Origin: a virus
Length of the DNA: 29,041 nt
Direction: 5' to 3' (one strand)
Virus record (IMG/VR): IMGVR_UViG_3300045988_100074
Coordinates: 1 to 29,041 of that record
Both the position numbers and the translations under genes were made by a program. Every line of letters begins with the position of its first letter. Position 1 is the stretch's first letter. A model generated the notes under the pieces. It worked only from the letters and a program-made list of their open reading frames with translations, had not been told where the DNA came from and ran no database searches. Of the stretch, positions 7,931 to 17,177 are shown piece after piece.

Positions 7931-9649
7931 ATGAAAACTTATTTAAATAATTTAATCAATGAATTACCTACTAACTGCTTATTTGACAAAGGTAAAGTAG
8001 GATGTGGTGGAACTTCAATGGCTTTAGAGTGTGATAAGCCTTATGTTATATGTGTTCCATTTGTAAGCTTAGTTGAGAATAAACTTGCTCAATATCCTAA
8101 TGAAAGACGTAAAGAGCCTATTTTTGGAGTTTATCAAGGTATTACTAAGACAGACATTGAAGCTTATGTATCTTCAGTTAAATGCCCTAAAATCATTGTT
8201 ACTTATAATTCTCTTTATAAAGTAATAGAAGCAGTAAATCCTAAAGATTATAGCTTATTAATTGATGAATATCATATACTATTTAATCAATATAGTCTTA
8301 GAAGAGATGCAATTAAAGATGTATTAAAGACATATAGTCTATTTAAAGAATATACATTTATGACTGCAACTCCATTAGAAGATGAATTTGTTTTAGATGA
8401 ATTGTCTAAACTGCCATTAGTAAAACAAGAATGGGATGATGTTATTGAGACTAAAGTTCAGACTGTTAAATGCAAGAATGTAGAAGCTTCCACAATTAAG
8501 CTTATAAATGGATTTTTAAGTGGGAATGTTGAAGGTAATGCTTATATATTTGTTAACTCTGTTGACTTTATAAAGAATCTTATTTTAAAGGCTAAACTTA
8601 CAGCAGATAACACAAGAGTAGTATATTCTAAGAATAATAGAACTAAACTGCCAATTCAGAATTCTTCAGTAAATGATGAACCTAAGAAGATTAATTTGTT
8701 GACTTCTACTGTATTTGAAGGTTCTGATATTTATGATGAAAATGGAAGAATTATTGTAGTTAGTGATTCCTCTAAAGCTCAGACTCTTTTAGATATATCT
8801 ACTTCAATTCAACAGATTGCTGGTAGAATTAGAAATAGTAAATATTTAAATTGGATTACTCATCTTTATTCAGCCACAAGATATGCAGAGATAGATTATG
8901 ATACATTTAAAAATAATACATTAAAGAATATTGAAGAAACAAAGATTGCAGTTGAATCATATAATCAGCTTCCAGAAGTAGCTCGTAAGAAGATTACAGA
9001 CTTTACAAGTGACACATATATTCAAATTAATGAGGATTATACCTTTGAATTTGACCCAAATATGGCTAAAGTAGATATATTCAATTTTAAGGTTGCAAGA
9101 GGTTTATACTCTGTAAGAGTTAATCTTACTAATGAATATCTAAAGAATGGCTTTATAAAGGTTGCTGAATGTGAAGATAAATCTATTAAGATAGACCTTG
9201 AAGCTCCTAGTAAGTCATTTCAGGAGCTTATTAAAGATGTAAGAGCTGAATGGGAAACTAAATTTAAAGTTGGAACTCCTATATTAAATGAAGCTCTAAT
9301 TAAATATCCTTGGTTAAATGATGCAATTAATAAACTGGGATTTGAAAGAATGGCAACTTTGGGTTATTGCATTAAAGATATTAAAGAGGAGCTTGTTAAA
9401 ATATCAGATAAAAATATGCCAAATAAGGTTGCCAAATTACTTACAAGAGATATTCAGAATGGTATGTTCTACAGTTTAGCTTTATTAAAGAATAAGATTG
9501 CTGATGTATATAAGACTTTAGGTATAAAGAAAACTGCAAAGGCAACAGATATTGAACACTATTTTGAAGTTAGAAAATCAACTAAAACTGAAAAGGATGT
9601 TAGAAGCAAAGGATACATTATTATTAGACCAAGATTCATATTTAAATAG
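7931..9649 (+). CDS. SF2 (DExH-type) helicase, 572 aa
   Basis: Track ORF. Walker A GKVGCGGTS, motif II LLIDEYH, motif III MTATP, motif VI QIAGRIRN. No in-frame TGA; all Trp are TGG. TAG stop. Confidence 0.7.
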   Translation: MKTYLNNLINELPTNCLFDKGKVGCGGTSMALECDKPYVICVPFVSLVENKLAQYPNERRKEPIFGVYQGITKTDIEAYVSSVKCPKIIVTYNSLYKVIEAVNPKDYSLLIDEYHILFNQYSLRRDAIKDVLKTYSLFKEYTFMTATPLEDEFVLDELSKLPLVKQEWDDVIETKVQTVKCKNVEASTIKLINGFLSGNVEGNAYIFVNSVDFIKNLILKAKLTADNTRVVYSKNNRTKLPIQNSSVNDEPKKINLLTSTVFEGSDIYDENGRIIVVSDSSKAQTLLDISTSIQQIAGRIRNSKYLNWITHLYSATRYAEIDYDTFKNNTLKNIEETKIAVESYNQLPEVARKKITDFTSDTYIQINEDYTFEFDPNMAKVDIFNFKVARGLYSVRVNLTNEYLKNGFIKVAECEDKSIKIDLEAPSKSFQELIKDVRAEWETKFKVGTPILNEALIKYPWLNDAINKLGFERMATLGYCIKDIKEELVKISDKNMPNKVAKLLTRDIQNGMFYSLALLKNKIADVYKTLGIKKTAKATDIEHYFEVRKSTKTEKDVRSKGYIIIRPRFIFK

Positions 9650-9809
9650 AATTGCGGATATTAAAGAAACTCTTAAAAAGTCAGAAGATACTATTAAGGA
9701 GTTTGATAAGTGAATGAATGAATTTAAAGAGAATTCTAAGAAATTAGGAGATATTATAGATAGAGTATTAGCACAAAGAGATTTTACATTTATTTCAAAA
9801 TTTGATTAA
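9597..9809 (+). CDS. Small hypothetical protein, 70 aa
   Basis: ATG 9597-9599 overlaps the helicase 3' end. One in-frame TGA (9711). TAA at 9807-9809. A coiled-coil-like acidic/basic sequence. Confidence 0.4.
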
Positions 9810-9811
9810 TT

Positions 9812-9946
9812 ATGGATGATTTTTTATTTAAAAAGCTTGAAGAACTAGAATATAGAATAGTTCAATTAGAGAACCAAAACAAAGGGTTAGTTTGGGAAGA
9901 AGTAGAAGAAAAACCAGAGATTCCTAACACAACATATAATGACTAA
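9812..9946 (+). CDS. Small hypothetical protein, 44 aa
   Basis: ATG 9812-9814, TAA 9944-9946. Tightly abuts its neighbours. Confidence 0.35.
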   Translation: MDDFLFKKLEELEYRIVQLENQNKGLVWEEVEEKPEIPNTTYND

Positions 9947-9947
9947 T

Positions 9948-10088
9948 ATGAAGTACTTTACATATAAATTATGCTTAAATGGAGTAAATTACGTTTATGT
10001 AATTCCCGAAAATAGTAAATTCTTAGTAGACTTACAAACTGGAGAATTAATACCTAAAGATGAGAAATTATTTGAGATAATGGAATAA
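9948..10088 (+). CDS. Small hypothetical protein, 46 aa
   Basis: ATG 9948-9950, TAA 10086-10088, followed by a terminator hairpin. Confidence 0.35.
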   Translation: MKYFTYKLCLNGVNYVYVIPENSKFLVDLQTGELIPKDEKLFEIME

Positions 10089-10092
10089 ATGA

Positions 10093-10120
10093 AAATAGGA
10101 GGGTATATACCCTCCTATTT
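10093..10120. terminator. Bidirectional terminator hairpin between convergent operons
   Basis: AAATAGGAGGGTATATACCCTCCTATTT is a GC-cored palindrome flanked by A and T runs. It sits between the plus-strand stop (10088) and the minus-strand stop (10125). Confidence 0.65.
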
Positions 10121-10124
10121 CTGT

Positions 10125-10715
10125 TTAAGCGTATTTTCAAATATATCCTTTTACTTTATAGCCTCCTCTAATTGCTTTAGAAATAGAATTTTTATGAACT
10201 CCAACATCTAAAGAAGCACTAACAGCACAATCATATTCTTTAATAAGAACATCGTCTTTATATGCACCTACTTTTTTAGCTCTAGGATTATTTCCAAAAG
10301 AATTATTTAAATAACTCAAATCTTTACCTTTATGACTATTACTCATCTTTTTTCGAGTTTCTTCTGATGGATGTCTTCCAATACATTTGGCTCTAATCTT
10401 ATCTTTTCTTTCCTGAGTGAATACAATACCTAAGGTGCCGTCACCTCCATCTGTAGCATTATATCCATATTTTGGATTTCTAGTATTATACTTATGAATA
10501 AGAATTTTTTCTAAAGTCTTGGCACAAGGTTCTGGCAAATTATCTTTAATTATAATATGTTCAAAATTATCCCATCCATATTTTGTTATAGCGTTTCAAA
10601 ACGGCTGTTTTTTATAACCCAGACCATTTGCTCATCGTATTTCTGGCTTCTTACAAGTAATACCAATATATTTCTTACCGTTAATCTTGTTTAAATGAAC
10701 ATATATACTATACAT
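10125..10715 (-). CDS. GIY-YIG homing endonuclease (HE1)
   Basis: ATG 10713-10715. MYSIYVHLNKINGKKYIGIT, with R-[TGA]-ANGLGY and PF-[TGA]-NAITKYGWDNF, then NUMOD3-like EETRKKMSNSHKG. The track stop at 10137 is itself TGA, and the gene continues as ...GYI-W-KYA to TAA 10125-10127. In-frame TGA at 10137, 10596 and 10632. Confidence 0.85.
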
Positions 10716-11157
10716 ATAATTTACCTACTTTTCTTCGTTGTAATCCTTTAATACTATATAAAGCAATATGCACTCACTGAGATGTACTACTTTTTTCTAT
10801 AAAACATTCATCGAAATCAAATTCTTCAATAGCTTCAGCAATCCAACTTTGGAATACTTTCATATTACCATTAATTGGAGATATATCTGCTGCATATCCT
10901 GTTAGATGTGCAGATGTTAAAGATCCTCCTACTGCTTTATTAAGCTCCTTATTTCTAAAACCAGAGGAAATCCTGATGCCTGCATTGCCAAGCTGATTGT
11001 CATCACAATACTTTGCCCATCTCTCTCTTATTGGGTCTAAAAGCTTCTCGACCAACTCTATCAGGTGCTCTGTTATACTCTCATCTGGAGTGTTATCTAT
11101 ATGCTTAATTGAAGCAGTATCAGATCTTGTTAATTCTTCGAGTGTGAAATACTTCAT
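10708..11157 (-). CDS. Endolysin, zinc peptidase M15 family (VanY / L-Ala-D-Glu peptidase-like)
   Basis: FTLEELTRSD, ISSGFR, and SAHLTGYAADI (H-x6-D). In-frame TGA at 10774, followed by VHIAL. This W-V-H segment would supply the third zinc ligand. TAG stop at 10708-10710. Confidence 0.8.
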
Positions 11158-11315
11158 TATTTATATGAATTATGCAGTTTATAAAGGTAAATAAAATAGC
11201 ACACTGCTCCAAATAACGTTAAACTAATAGTAATCCAAAAAGGAATTACTTTAATTAGCAAAAATGCAATCATTAATAGTACAACTACTATTACATATTT
11301 TAACCAATATTTCAT
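11157..11315 (-). CDS. Holin candidate, 52 aa, two hydrophobic helices
   Basis: ATG 11313-11315. TAA 11157-11159 overlaps the endolysin ATG by 1 nt. MKYWLKYVIVVVLLMIAFLLIKVIPFWITISLTLFGAVCYFIYLYKLHNSYK. Too short for the track. Confidence 0.5.
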   Translation of the reverse strand: MKYWLKYVIVVVLLMIAFLLIKVIPFWITISLTLFGAVCYFIYLYKLHNSYK

Positions 11316-11316
11316 A

Positions 11317-11973
11317 TTATATTTTATTTAAAATTATACTTATCTGTATTCCAGCTCTTCTTAGATGTACTCAAGTATCATAAGGCATAGGTGTATCACA
11401 GAATGACAAACCTAAAATGCCAATATCTTTATCCTCAGTCTTTAAATAAAATACTGCTATTTCATTCACTCCGTTGGATTTAAATGCATAATATAATCTT
11501 GGATCATCTGCTTCTAAACTATCTATATTACCAAACCATCCATCATTCTTAGAAAACTCTATAATTGAAGTATAGTCAGATAACAGGAAATCTTTATAAT
11601 GGCTACTTACAGATTTTATTCCTGGTTTTACTTCCTCTGCATTCATTACTCCATAAGTAAATGGAAGTCCTCCTAATCCAGTAGTTCCATTATGATATTC
11701 AATAACCCAAACTCTATCAGCATTTGTGCTTTGAAGCAATTCTTTAAGCTTATATTTAATCTTTAAAGTTGCTTCATTTCTTGCAATAGTTTTAGAATTG
11801 TGAGTTTGTTCAATATAGGTTACAACCTTATTATAAACAATAGAGGGATTAAGTGTAATAACCATTACATAGGATATAAATATTAATCCAATCCCTGCTT
11901 TAAATATCTTTAGTAATCCATATTTATCAACCCATTCTAATACTTTACCAAACCAATTTAATTTATTTTCCAT
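11317..11973 (-). CDS. Membrane-anchored protein, 218 aa (possibly lysis-associated)
   Basis: Track ORF 11371..11973 extended through TGA 11371 (...PYDT-W-VHLRRAG...) to TAA 11317-11319. N-terminal TM segment IFKAGIGLIFISYVMVITL. Confidence 0.55.
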
Positions 11974-12398
11974 TACATATCATCAGTGCAAGTACCCAGT
12001 GTGTTGTCAACTTGGAAATCAGCTCTAACAAACACTCCGCAAGTAATATCTTTGAACTTTTGATAGAATGGAGTATAAATTAAAGGATAAGCTATTTCAA
12101 CTTCTGGATATAGGTTATTAAAACGATTAATTATATTTTGCAGTGCAAGCATACCTGCTGACTGTTCCTCCAATTGGTTGTTATCAGTCTCATCCCATCT
12201 TGATACGAAGTATAGGTTTAAAGAGTAAGTAATAGTATCTTCATCTACACTAAAAGTATTAGGTGTTATATAGAACACATTATATTCAATAGTTGGCAAG
12301 CTATTTAACTCATAAATGTCTTTACTTCCTACAAAATTGATGTTTGGCTCTTCTAATGCACAAGCTTTTAAATTGTTAATTATCTCATAGTAGGTCAT
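11973..12398 (-). CDS. Hypothetical virion-module protein, 141 aa
   Basis: Track ORF with ATG and TAA, a 1-nt overlap with the downstream gene, and no TGA. Confidence 0.55.
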   Translation of the reverse strand: MTYYEIINNLKACALEEPNINFVGSKDIYELNSLPTIEYNVFYITPNTFSVDEDTITYSLNLYFVSRWDETDNNQLEEQSAGMLALQNIINRFNNLYPEVEIAYPLIYTPFYQKFKDITCGVFVRADFQVDNTLGTCTDDM

Positions 12399-12400
12399 AA

Positions 12401-13090
12401 TTACTTACTCTTTTTATTGTTACTTGAAGGGAAATCATAAGCTCTTTGAAGAGGCCCCTCTCCAGGTTTAATGCTCCATCCTTTACCTCTTGTTCCACCA
12501 AGCCAAATATTGCAAGATGAGCTAGAGTAAAGATTGGGAAACATATCCTTTAATGGCTTATATGTATAAAGCTCAGGGAATTCATTATAATATGTAATTA
12601 TAAAGTCCTGTAAACGAGTCTTAAAGAAATCCGCCTTATCTCTATAATACTTCTTAATTTGATTTACTTGACTTGCTTCAGCAGCAATATCTTTCTCATC
12701 ATCAGTTCTCATAACTCCAAAATTACCAAGCTTATAAGATATAGGAATTACTATCTCGCTAAGTACTTGATAAAGTAAATAAGGCTGAACATAATAGTCT
12801 AATAGCTCTTTATATCTGTAGTTATCAGAATCATCAATAGAATCACTTGGAAGTGGCTCAGGAGGTTCTATTGGATGAACTGGAGTATGAGGATCAATCC
12901 AATTAATACATTTCTTTTGTAATGCTTCCAATAGCTTAGTACCAATAGTTGACTGAAGTTCTACATCTTGGGCACTTGTGATGGCTGCTTGTAAATATTT
13001 ACCCGATATATTGTTATCTAATGTAGAATTTGACTTTATATAGTCTTCTGAAATAAGCAGTACATTTCTATAGTTAAGTTGTTCCATCAT
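12401..13090 (-). CDS. Hypothetical virion-module protein, 229 aa
   Basis: Track ORF. Its start overlaps the HE2 3' end by 17 nt. No TGA. Confidence 0.55.
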   Translation of the reverse strand: MMEQLNYRNVLLISEDYIKSNSTLDNNISGKYLQAAITSAQDVELQSTIGTKLLEALQKKCINWIDPHTPVHPIEPPEPLPSDSIDDSDNYRYKELLDYYVQPYLLYQVLSEIVIPISYKLGNFGVMRTDDEKDIAAEASQVNQIKKYYRDKADFFKTRLQDFIITYYNEFPELYTYKPLKDMFPNLYSSSSCNIWLGGTRGKGWSIKPGEGPLQRAYDFPSSNNKKSK

Positions 13091-13682
13091 AAATAAATTT
13101 ATTGTTTTTATAAGGTCTATTTTCTTTTAAAGCTAAATATAATCCAGAACGTTCTCCATTAACTGATTTAACAGCTTCTTTCATTGAATTATATCTTGCA
13201 ATAAAATTCCCATTCATATCAAATCTTAATATAGGCTTAACTCTAGTAATTCGTCCTTTGGAAGCATTTCCAATTTTAATAAGTGTTTCCAAAGTATAGA
13301 TTCCTTTCTTTCCTTTATTCCAGGGTGTTTTACCTTTTTTAGAATTTGACATTTTTGCTCTACTCTCATTAGAAAAAGAATACCCGTATGTACCTTCTCC
13401 TCCTGATGTTATATTGTAACCATTTTCAGGAGTATTTGTTTTATATTTATGTATCAATATCCTTTCTAATGTCTTAGCACAAGCTTCTGGTAAATTATCT
13501 TTAATTATGATATGTTCAAATCCATCTCAGCTATATTTTTGTATCGCTTTATAAAAGTAAGCTTGAGTAGAGTATCCATATCCATTTTTTCACCTAGCTT
13601 GCACACTTTGTCCAGTAATGCCAAAATATAGCTTATTGTTATACTTATTTATATGGCAATAAACAGTATAATTATTCAACAT
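13074..13682 (-). CDS. GIY-YIG homing endonuclease (HE2), paralog of HE1
   Basis: ATG 13680-13682, all triplets to 13458 checked. MLNNYTVYCHINKYNNKLYFGITG, QAR-[TGA]-KNGYGY, KYS-[TGA]-DGFEH, NUMOD3-like ESRAKMSNSKKGKTPWNKG. In-frame TGA at 13527 and 13590. TAA at 13074. Confidence 0.85.
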
Positions 13683-14763
13683 TTTGTTTGCTATCTTCTT
13701 GTCCATTTGGAGTTAAGCTAAAAGGAGTTATAGTTATTGAACCTTTCATTCCAAATATCTTATCAAATGTATCTACTATTTCGACCTGAATTGGTCTAAC
13801 TACTGTACGATTATAAAGTTTAAAAGCTTCATTAAATTCTTGTTCGTTGAATCCACTTGAGTAGTTAAGGCCAAAAAGTACACTATTAGCTCTAAATGCG
13901 CAGAATATTTGCTCCCTTGTTCTTTCAGATAAAGCACTATATTTCTCATCAAAATCATCAGAGTCTAAACGCTCAATAGTAGTCTTATTTGTCTCATCAT
14001 CATTATATGAAATAAGAACTCTACCAGCATTTTGAAATCCTGAGAATTTCTCATTAATATTCATCTCAATCTCTTCTTTAACTTCGTCTGTAGGCTGTCC
14101 ATTATTAAAGTTAATGATAATATTACCCATAAATCCGTTATGAAGAGAATTTAGATGGAACTCATTAATATTCTTCTCAGTTTCGCAAGATAGGATAGCT
14201 GCACCATAAACAGGGACTGGATATACTTTTCTTGTTATATAGCCCTTATTATAAACAACACTTGTAGGATTATCATCTGAATAATTAAATTTTGGATATT
14301 TGATAGCTTTAATAGACCAAGCAGACCAATCATCGGCATAATAGAATACTTCATTCTTTTCATCAGAACGAATCTTCATAAAGTCAAGATGATATATTTC
14401 TGAAACTCTACCTACCATATCTCTAATTATTTGTAAAGCATATCCTCCAAAAATCATCTTATCTTTAGATACTTTACGCATAATATCCATAATAGTCTCA
14501 CCTTTATTATTTACAGTTACTTCAAATCCTGGTGCATTACATACAACATCATTACCAACAATAAAGTCAGCAGTACCATTAATGATAGATTGAAGAGTAG
14601 CTACATTTAAATATAGATCCCATAAATATACAGGATAGCGATTATCTTCACCCCAAGAAATCCAATCAGAACCCCTTTTTCTCGATTCTACAGGAAGTAC
14701 TAAATTTGACACTACAACAGGATCAATTGCACTTAATTGTACTTTTGTTTTATTTTCGCTCAT
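13672..14763 (-). CDS. Portal protein (putative), 363 aa
   Basis: Track ORF trimmed to ATG 14761-14763. Size and motif pattern (WGEDNRYP..., GGYALQII, PVPVYGAAI, NGFMGNIIINF, FGLNYSSGFNEQEF) fit portal families as I recall them. No TGA. Confidence 0.55.
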   Translation of the reverse strand: MSENKTKVQLSAIDPVVVSNLVLPVESRKRGSDWISWGEDNRYPVYLWDLYLNVATLQSIINGTADFIVGNDVVCNAPGFEVTVNNKGETIMDIMRKVSKDKMIFGGYALQIIRDMVGRVSEIYHLDFMKIRSDEKNEVFYYADDWSAWSIKAIKYPKFNYSDDNPTSVVYNKGYITRKVYPVPVYGAAILSCETEKNINEFHLNSLHNGFMGNIIINFNNGQPTDEVKEEIEMNINEKFSGFQNAGRVLISYNDDETNKTTIERLDSDDFDEKYSALSERTREQIFCAFRANSVLFGLNYSSGFNEQEFNEAFKLYNRTVVRPIQVEIVDTFDKIFGMKGSITITPFSLTPNGQEDSKQNVE

Positions 14764-15142
14764 AAGCCATATATTTGTTTTGTTTATCGTATTGGTATTT
14801 ATTATTCTGATAATCTCCAACTCTTATTAGTCCTGAACTCAATACAGGTATAGGTTTACCAGCAACTAATATCTGTGTTCCTGTAGTAAGAGTATTTTCA
14901 TAAGTTACCAGAATAACTGGATTACCATATAGCTCTGACTGCATAGGATTATTTACATCTACAATTACTTCAAGTTTATTTGGGTTACTAAACAGAATAT
15001 ACTGATATTCACCATCAGGCATATCATCAGATAATGTAATATCAAACTTATAGTAGATATTTTCAGCATAATTCTGATTTTCTAAGTTATATACATAAAC
15101 TTCTTTAGTAATTGTATTTTGCATTAATAGAGTATAGTTCAT
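14750..15142 (-). CDS. Hypothetical protein, 130 aa
   Basis: Track ORF. First gene after the terminator and element D. Overlaps the portal start by 14 nt. Confidence 0.55.
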   Translation of the reverse strand: MNYTLLMQNTITKEVYVYNLENQNYAENIYYKFDITLSDDMPDGEYQYILFSNPNKLEVIVDVNNPMQSELYGNPVILVTYENTLTTGTQILVAGKPIPVLSSGLIRVGDYQNNKYQYDKQNKYMAYERK

Positions 15143-15218
15143 ATTTTACAACAATTTACATTAGTTTTACACATCTTTTTCTTAAAATATAAACCAATTT
15201 ACTAATGTATTAAAATAA

Positions 15219-15244
15219 TTAAAGGAGACCTAAGCCTCCTTTAA
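15219..15244 (-). terminator. Rho-independent terminator-like hairpin
   Basis: TTAAAGGAG / ACCTAAGC / CTCCTTTAA. The minus-strand reading is followed by TTATTTTAAT. Confidence 0.55.
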
Positions 15245-15294
15245 TGTCAAGTTTTTTACTCAAATTTAGTATTAAGAAAAAATAAAAACTGACA
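15245..15294 (+). repeat. 50-bp inverted-repeat element, copy D (divergent arms with compensatory changes)
   Basis: Left arm TGTCAAGTTTTTTA, loop CTCAAATTTAGTATTAAGAAAAAA, right arm TAAAAACTGACA. Arm changes A->C and C->G are mirrored in the partner arm. Confidence 0.7.
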
Positions 15295-15295
15295 A

Positions 15296-16282
15296 TTATG
15301 CTGACGCTAAAGTTCAGTTTTTAGATGTAGCTAATGATTTCTGTTCCTCAGTAAGGGTATTATAAACAGCAGAATTAAATGTAATAGTTTGAGTAGAATT
15401 TCCTGTTAAATCATTTGCTTTATTTAAGATATTATCGACTGACTCAGCATTAAGATTTGGTAATCACTGCAAATTAAGATCTACCTTTAAATTTGTAATC
15501 CCTCCAAATGTAGTTATAGAAGTCATTTCTCCACCTGTTATTAATTCGCTAAATGTATAGTTATCAACAGCTGTCAAATCTATTTCTGGAATTTTAGTTA
15601 GATTTGTATTACCAGTCCAAAAGAATTGCTCTAATGTTAATGTACTAGAATTATATCCATTGAATACTATTTTATCACATATTTCGTTGCCATTATATCC
15701 ATACATAAAGTAAACTAGTGATGTATTAATTCCATTTTTAATATTTACTGTAATTGTACCAGTAGTACTTATGTTTGTAAAATATAAAACAAAAGGAATA
15801 TATAATTCTGTTATATTAAAAACTATATCTTGCAGAGTTGAATTTGGAGATATAGTGTTTTCAAACATACTTGAAGGGTTATTAAACTGTTGACCTGAAT
15901 TTATTGCTATTTGGTGAATATTAGCTTGTTTAAAACTCTCTTTTGCTAAATAAGAAACAGAAGTATCTAATTTACTACCTAAATCAATATAGCTATCAGG
16001 TAAGTTACTATTGTTAAATAAATATGAAATATCTGCAGTACTTGGATTTATAGTTCAATTTAGTTTCTCAAATTGACTATGATGTATATTACAATAAGCA
16101 AACGTTAATCCTGTTTTAGTAACATCAAACACCTCACCTCCAGAAATCTGTCCTATCTTATCTGCATAGCTTCTAAAGGTATCTGAATCTGATACAGCAA
16201 CACCTTTAGCTACAATAGCATCTTTAATGGCACTCTTAGTACCTTCAAGATACGTTAATTTATCAGAAATTGTATTTGCCAT
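15296..16282 (-). CDS. LRR-type putative receptor-binding / tail protein 3, 328 aa
   Basis: Track ORFs 16055..16282 and 15464..15868 share a frame and the gaps are open. In-frame TGA at 16055, 15464 and 15314. The C-terminus ...LTEEQKSLATSKN-[TGA]-TLASA parallels ...NKNWILA and ...SKNWSINRVA of its paralogs. Confidence 0.7.
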
Positions 16283-16283
16283 A

Positions 16284-16937
16284 TTAGATTACTTCACCAT
16301 TAATTGTATCAAGAGTAGTTGAAATATTACCAATCTGAGCTTGAATTGCTGAGATTTCTCCATCTAACTCTGTCATCTTTGTATTATATGCATCTGTAGT
16401 TACATAGTTTGATAACTCACTTTTATCTGCTTTAAGTGCAACTTCATCTTTAGTAGCTAATCCAGATACATCAGGAATCTTATTCTCTACAGCTGTAAGT
16501 TCTTCTTTAGTAGCAAAATCACTAGTATCAGGAATTTCTGCTTTAGTTGCATAATTACTTAAATCTACAGATAGTTGCAAACCTTCTCCATTTCTATGTA
16601 AAGATAGAGGTTGATTTGCTTGAAATACTTCCATTTTAGAAGTTTCTAATTCTTGAACCTCTCCTTTAAGATTAGTAATCTCAGTATTAATTGGAGCAAG
16701 TTTAGCATCAATAGATTGATCTACTAAAGGTGGAACTTGATCTTCAATACTTTCTGTTACTTTAGTATCAATTAACTCTTCTGCTTTCTCTTCAGAAATG
16801 TAATTACCTTTAGGCTGGAATCTTTCATCTGATTCAATCTTAGTATAAGAGCCAACAGGCAATTGTCCAGATTCAATACCACATTTCTTACTTACATAGA
16901 AAGTTTGCGTATTTTTAGTATTTTTAAGTATAATCAT
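16284..16937 (-). CDS. Tail fibre-like coiled-coil protein, 217 aa
   Basis: Track ORF. Repeated ATK-E(L/I)---K-D/S motifs (SNYATKAEIPDTSDFATKEELTAVENKIPDVSGLATKDEVALKADKSELSNY). Confidence 0.6.
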   Translation of the reverse strand: MIILKNTKNTQTFYVSKKCGIESGQLPVGSYTKIESDERFQPKGNYISEEKAEELIDTKVTESIEDQVPPLVDQSIDAKLAPINTEITNLKGEVQELETSKMEVFQANQPLSLHRNGEGLQLSVDLSNYATKAEIPDTSDFATKEELTAVENKIPDVSGLATKDEVALKADKSELSNYVTTDAYNTKMTELDGEISAIQAQIGNISTTLDTINGEVI

Positions 16938-16939
16938 AA

Positions 16940-17176
16940 TTATCTAACTTTTATTGATTCCTCATACTCTTTAGAAGCTTTAATAGCTAATTCTTTGTAT
17001 TCAGCATCCTTATCTAAAGAGACTTCTGATAGATGCTCTAAATCGCAACTTAAAGGACAGATGCATTCAGTAAATGAACTATATGTTTTAATATCCGTTC
17101 CTTCTTTATAGTTAGTAAGTACATAACCTTCTTCTGGACTAACTACTTTGTATTTTTCTTTGACTTCAATTTTCAT
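16940..17176 (-). CDS. Small conserved partner protein, 78 aa (paralog of 20735..20956)
   Basis: Trimmed to ATG 17174-17176. EEGYVLTNYKEGTDIKTYSSFTECICPLSCDL aligns with DEGYFITSYKEGDDIKEYSASTILYCPLTFDI. Confidence 0.6.
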   Translation of the reverse strand: MKIEVKEKYKVVSPEEGYVLTNYKEGTDIKTYSSFTECICPLSCDLEHLSEVSLDKDAEYKELAIKASKEYEESIKVR

Positions 17177-17177
17177 A

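Noticed and set aside
14764-14820. N-terminal extensions in the track that use non-ATG starts (portal 14764-14820; also 7335-7376, 17177-17185, 5058-5063, and the internal TTG/CTG-type starts of split ORFs such as 1170, 10538, 13457, 27494)
   Set aside because: These are artefacts of permissive start calling or of TGA splitting. An ATG with a sensible overlap or spacing to the upstream gene lies a few codons inside, or the ORF simply continues upstream through a TGA.
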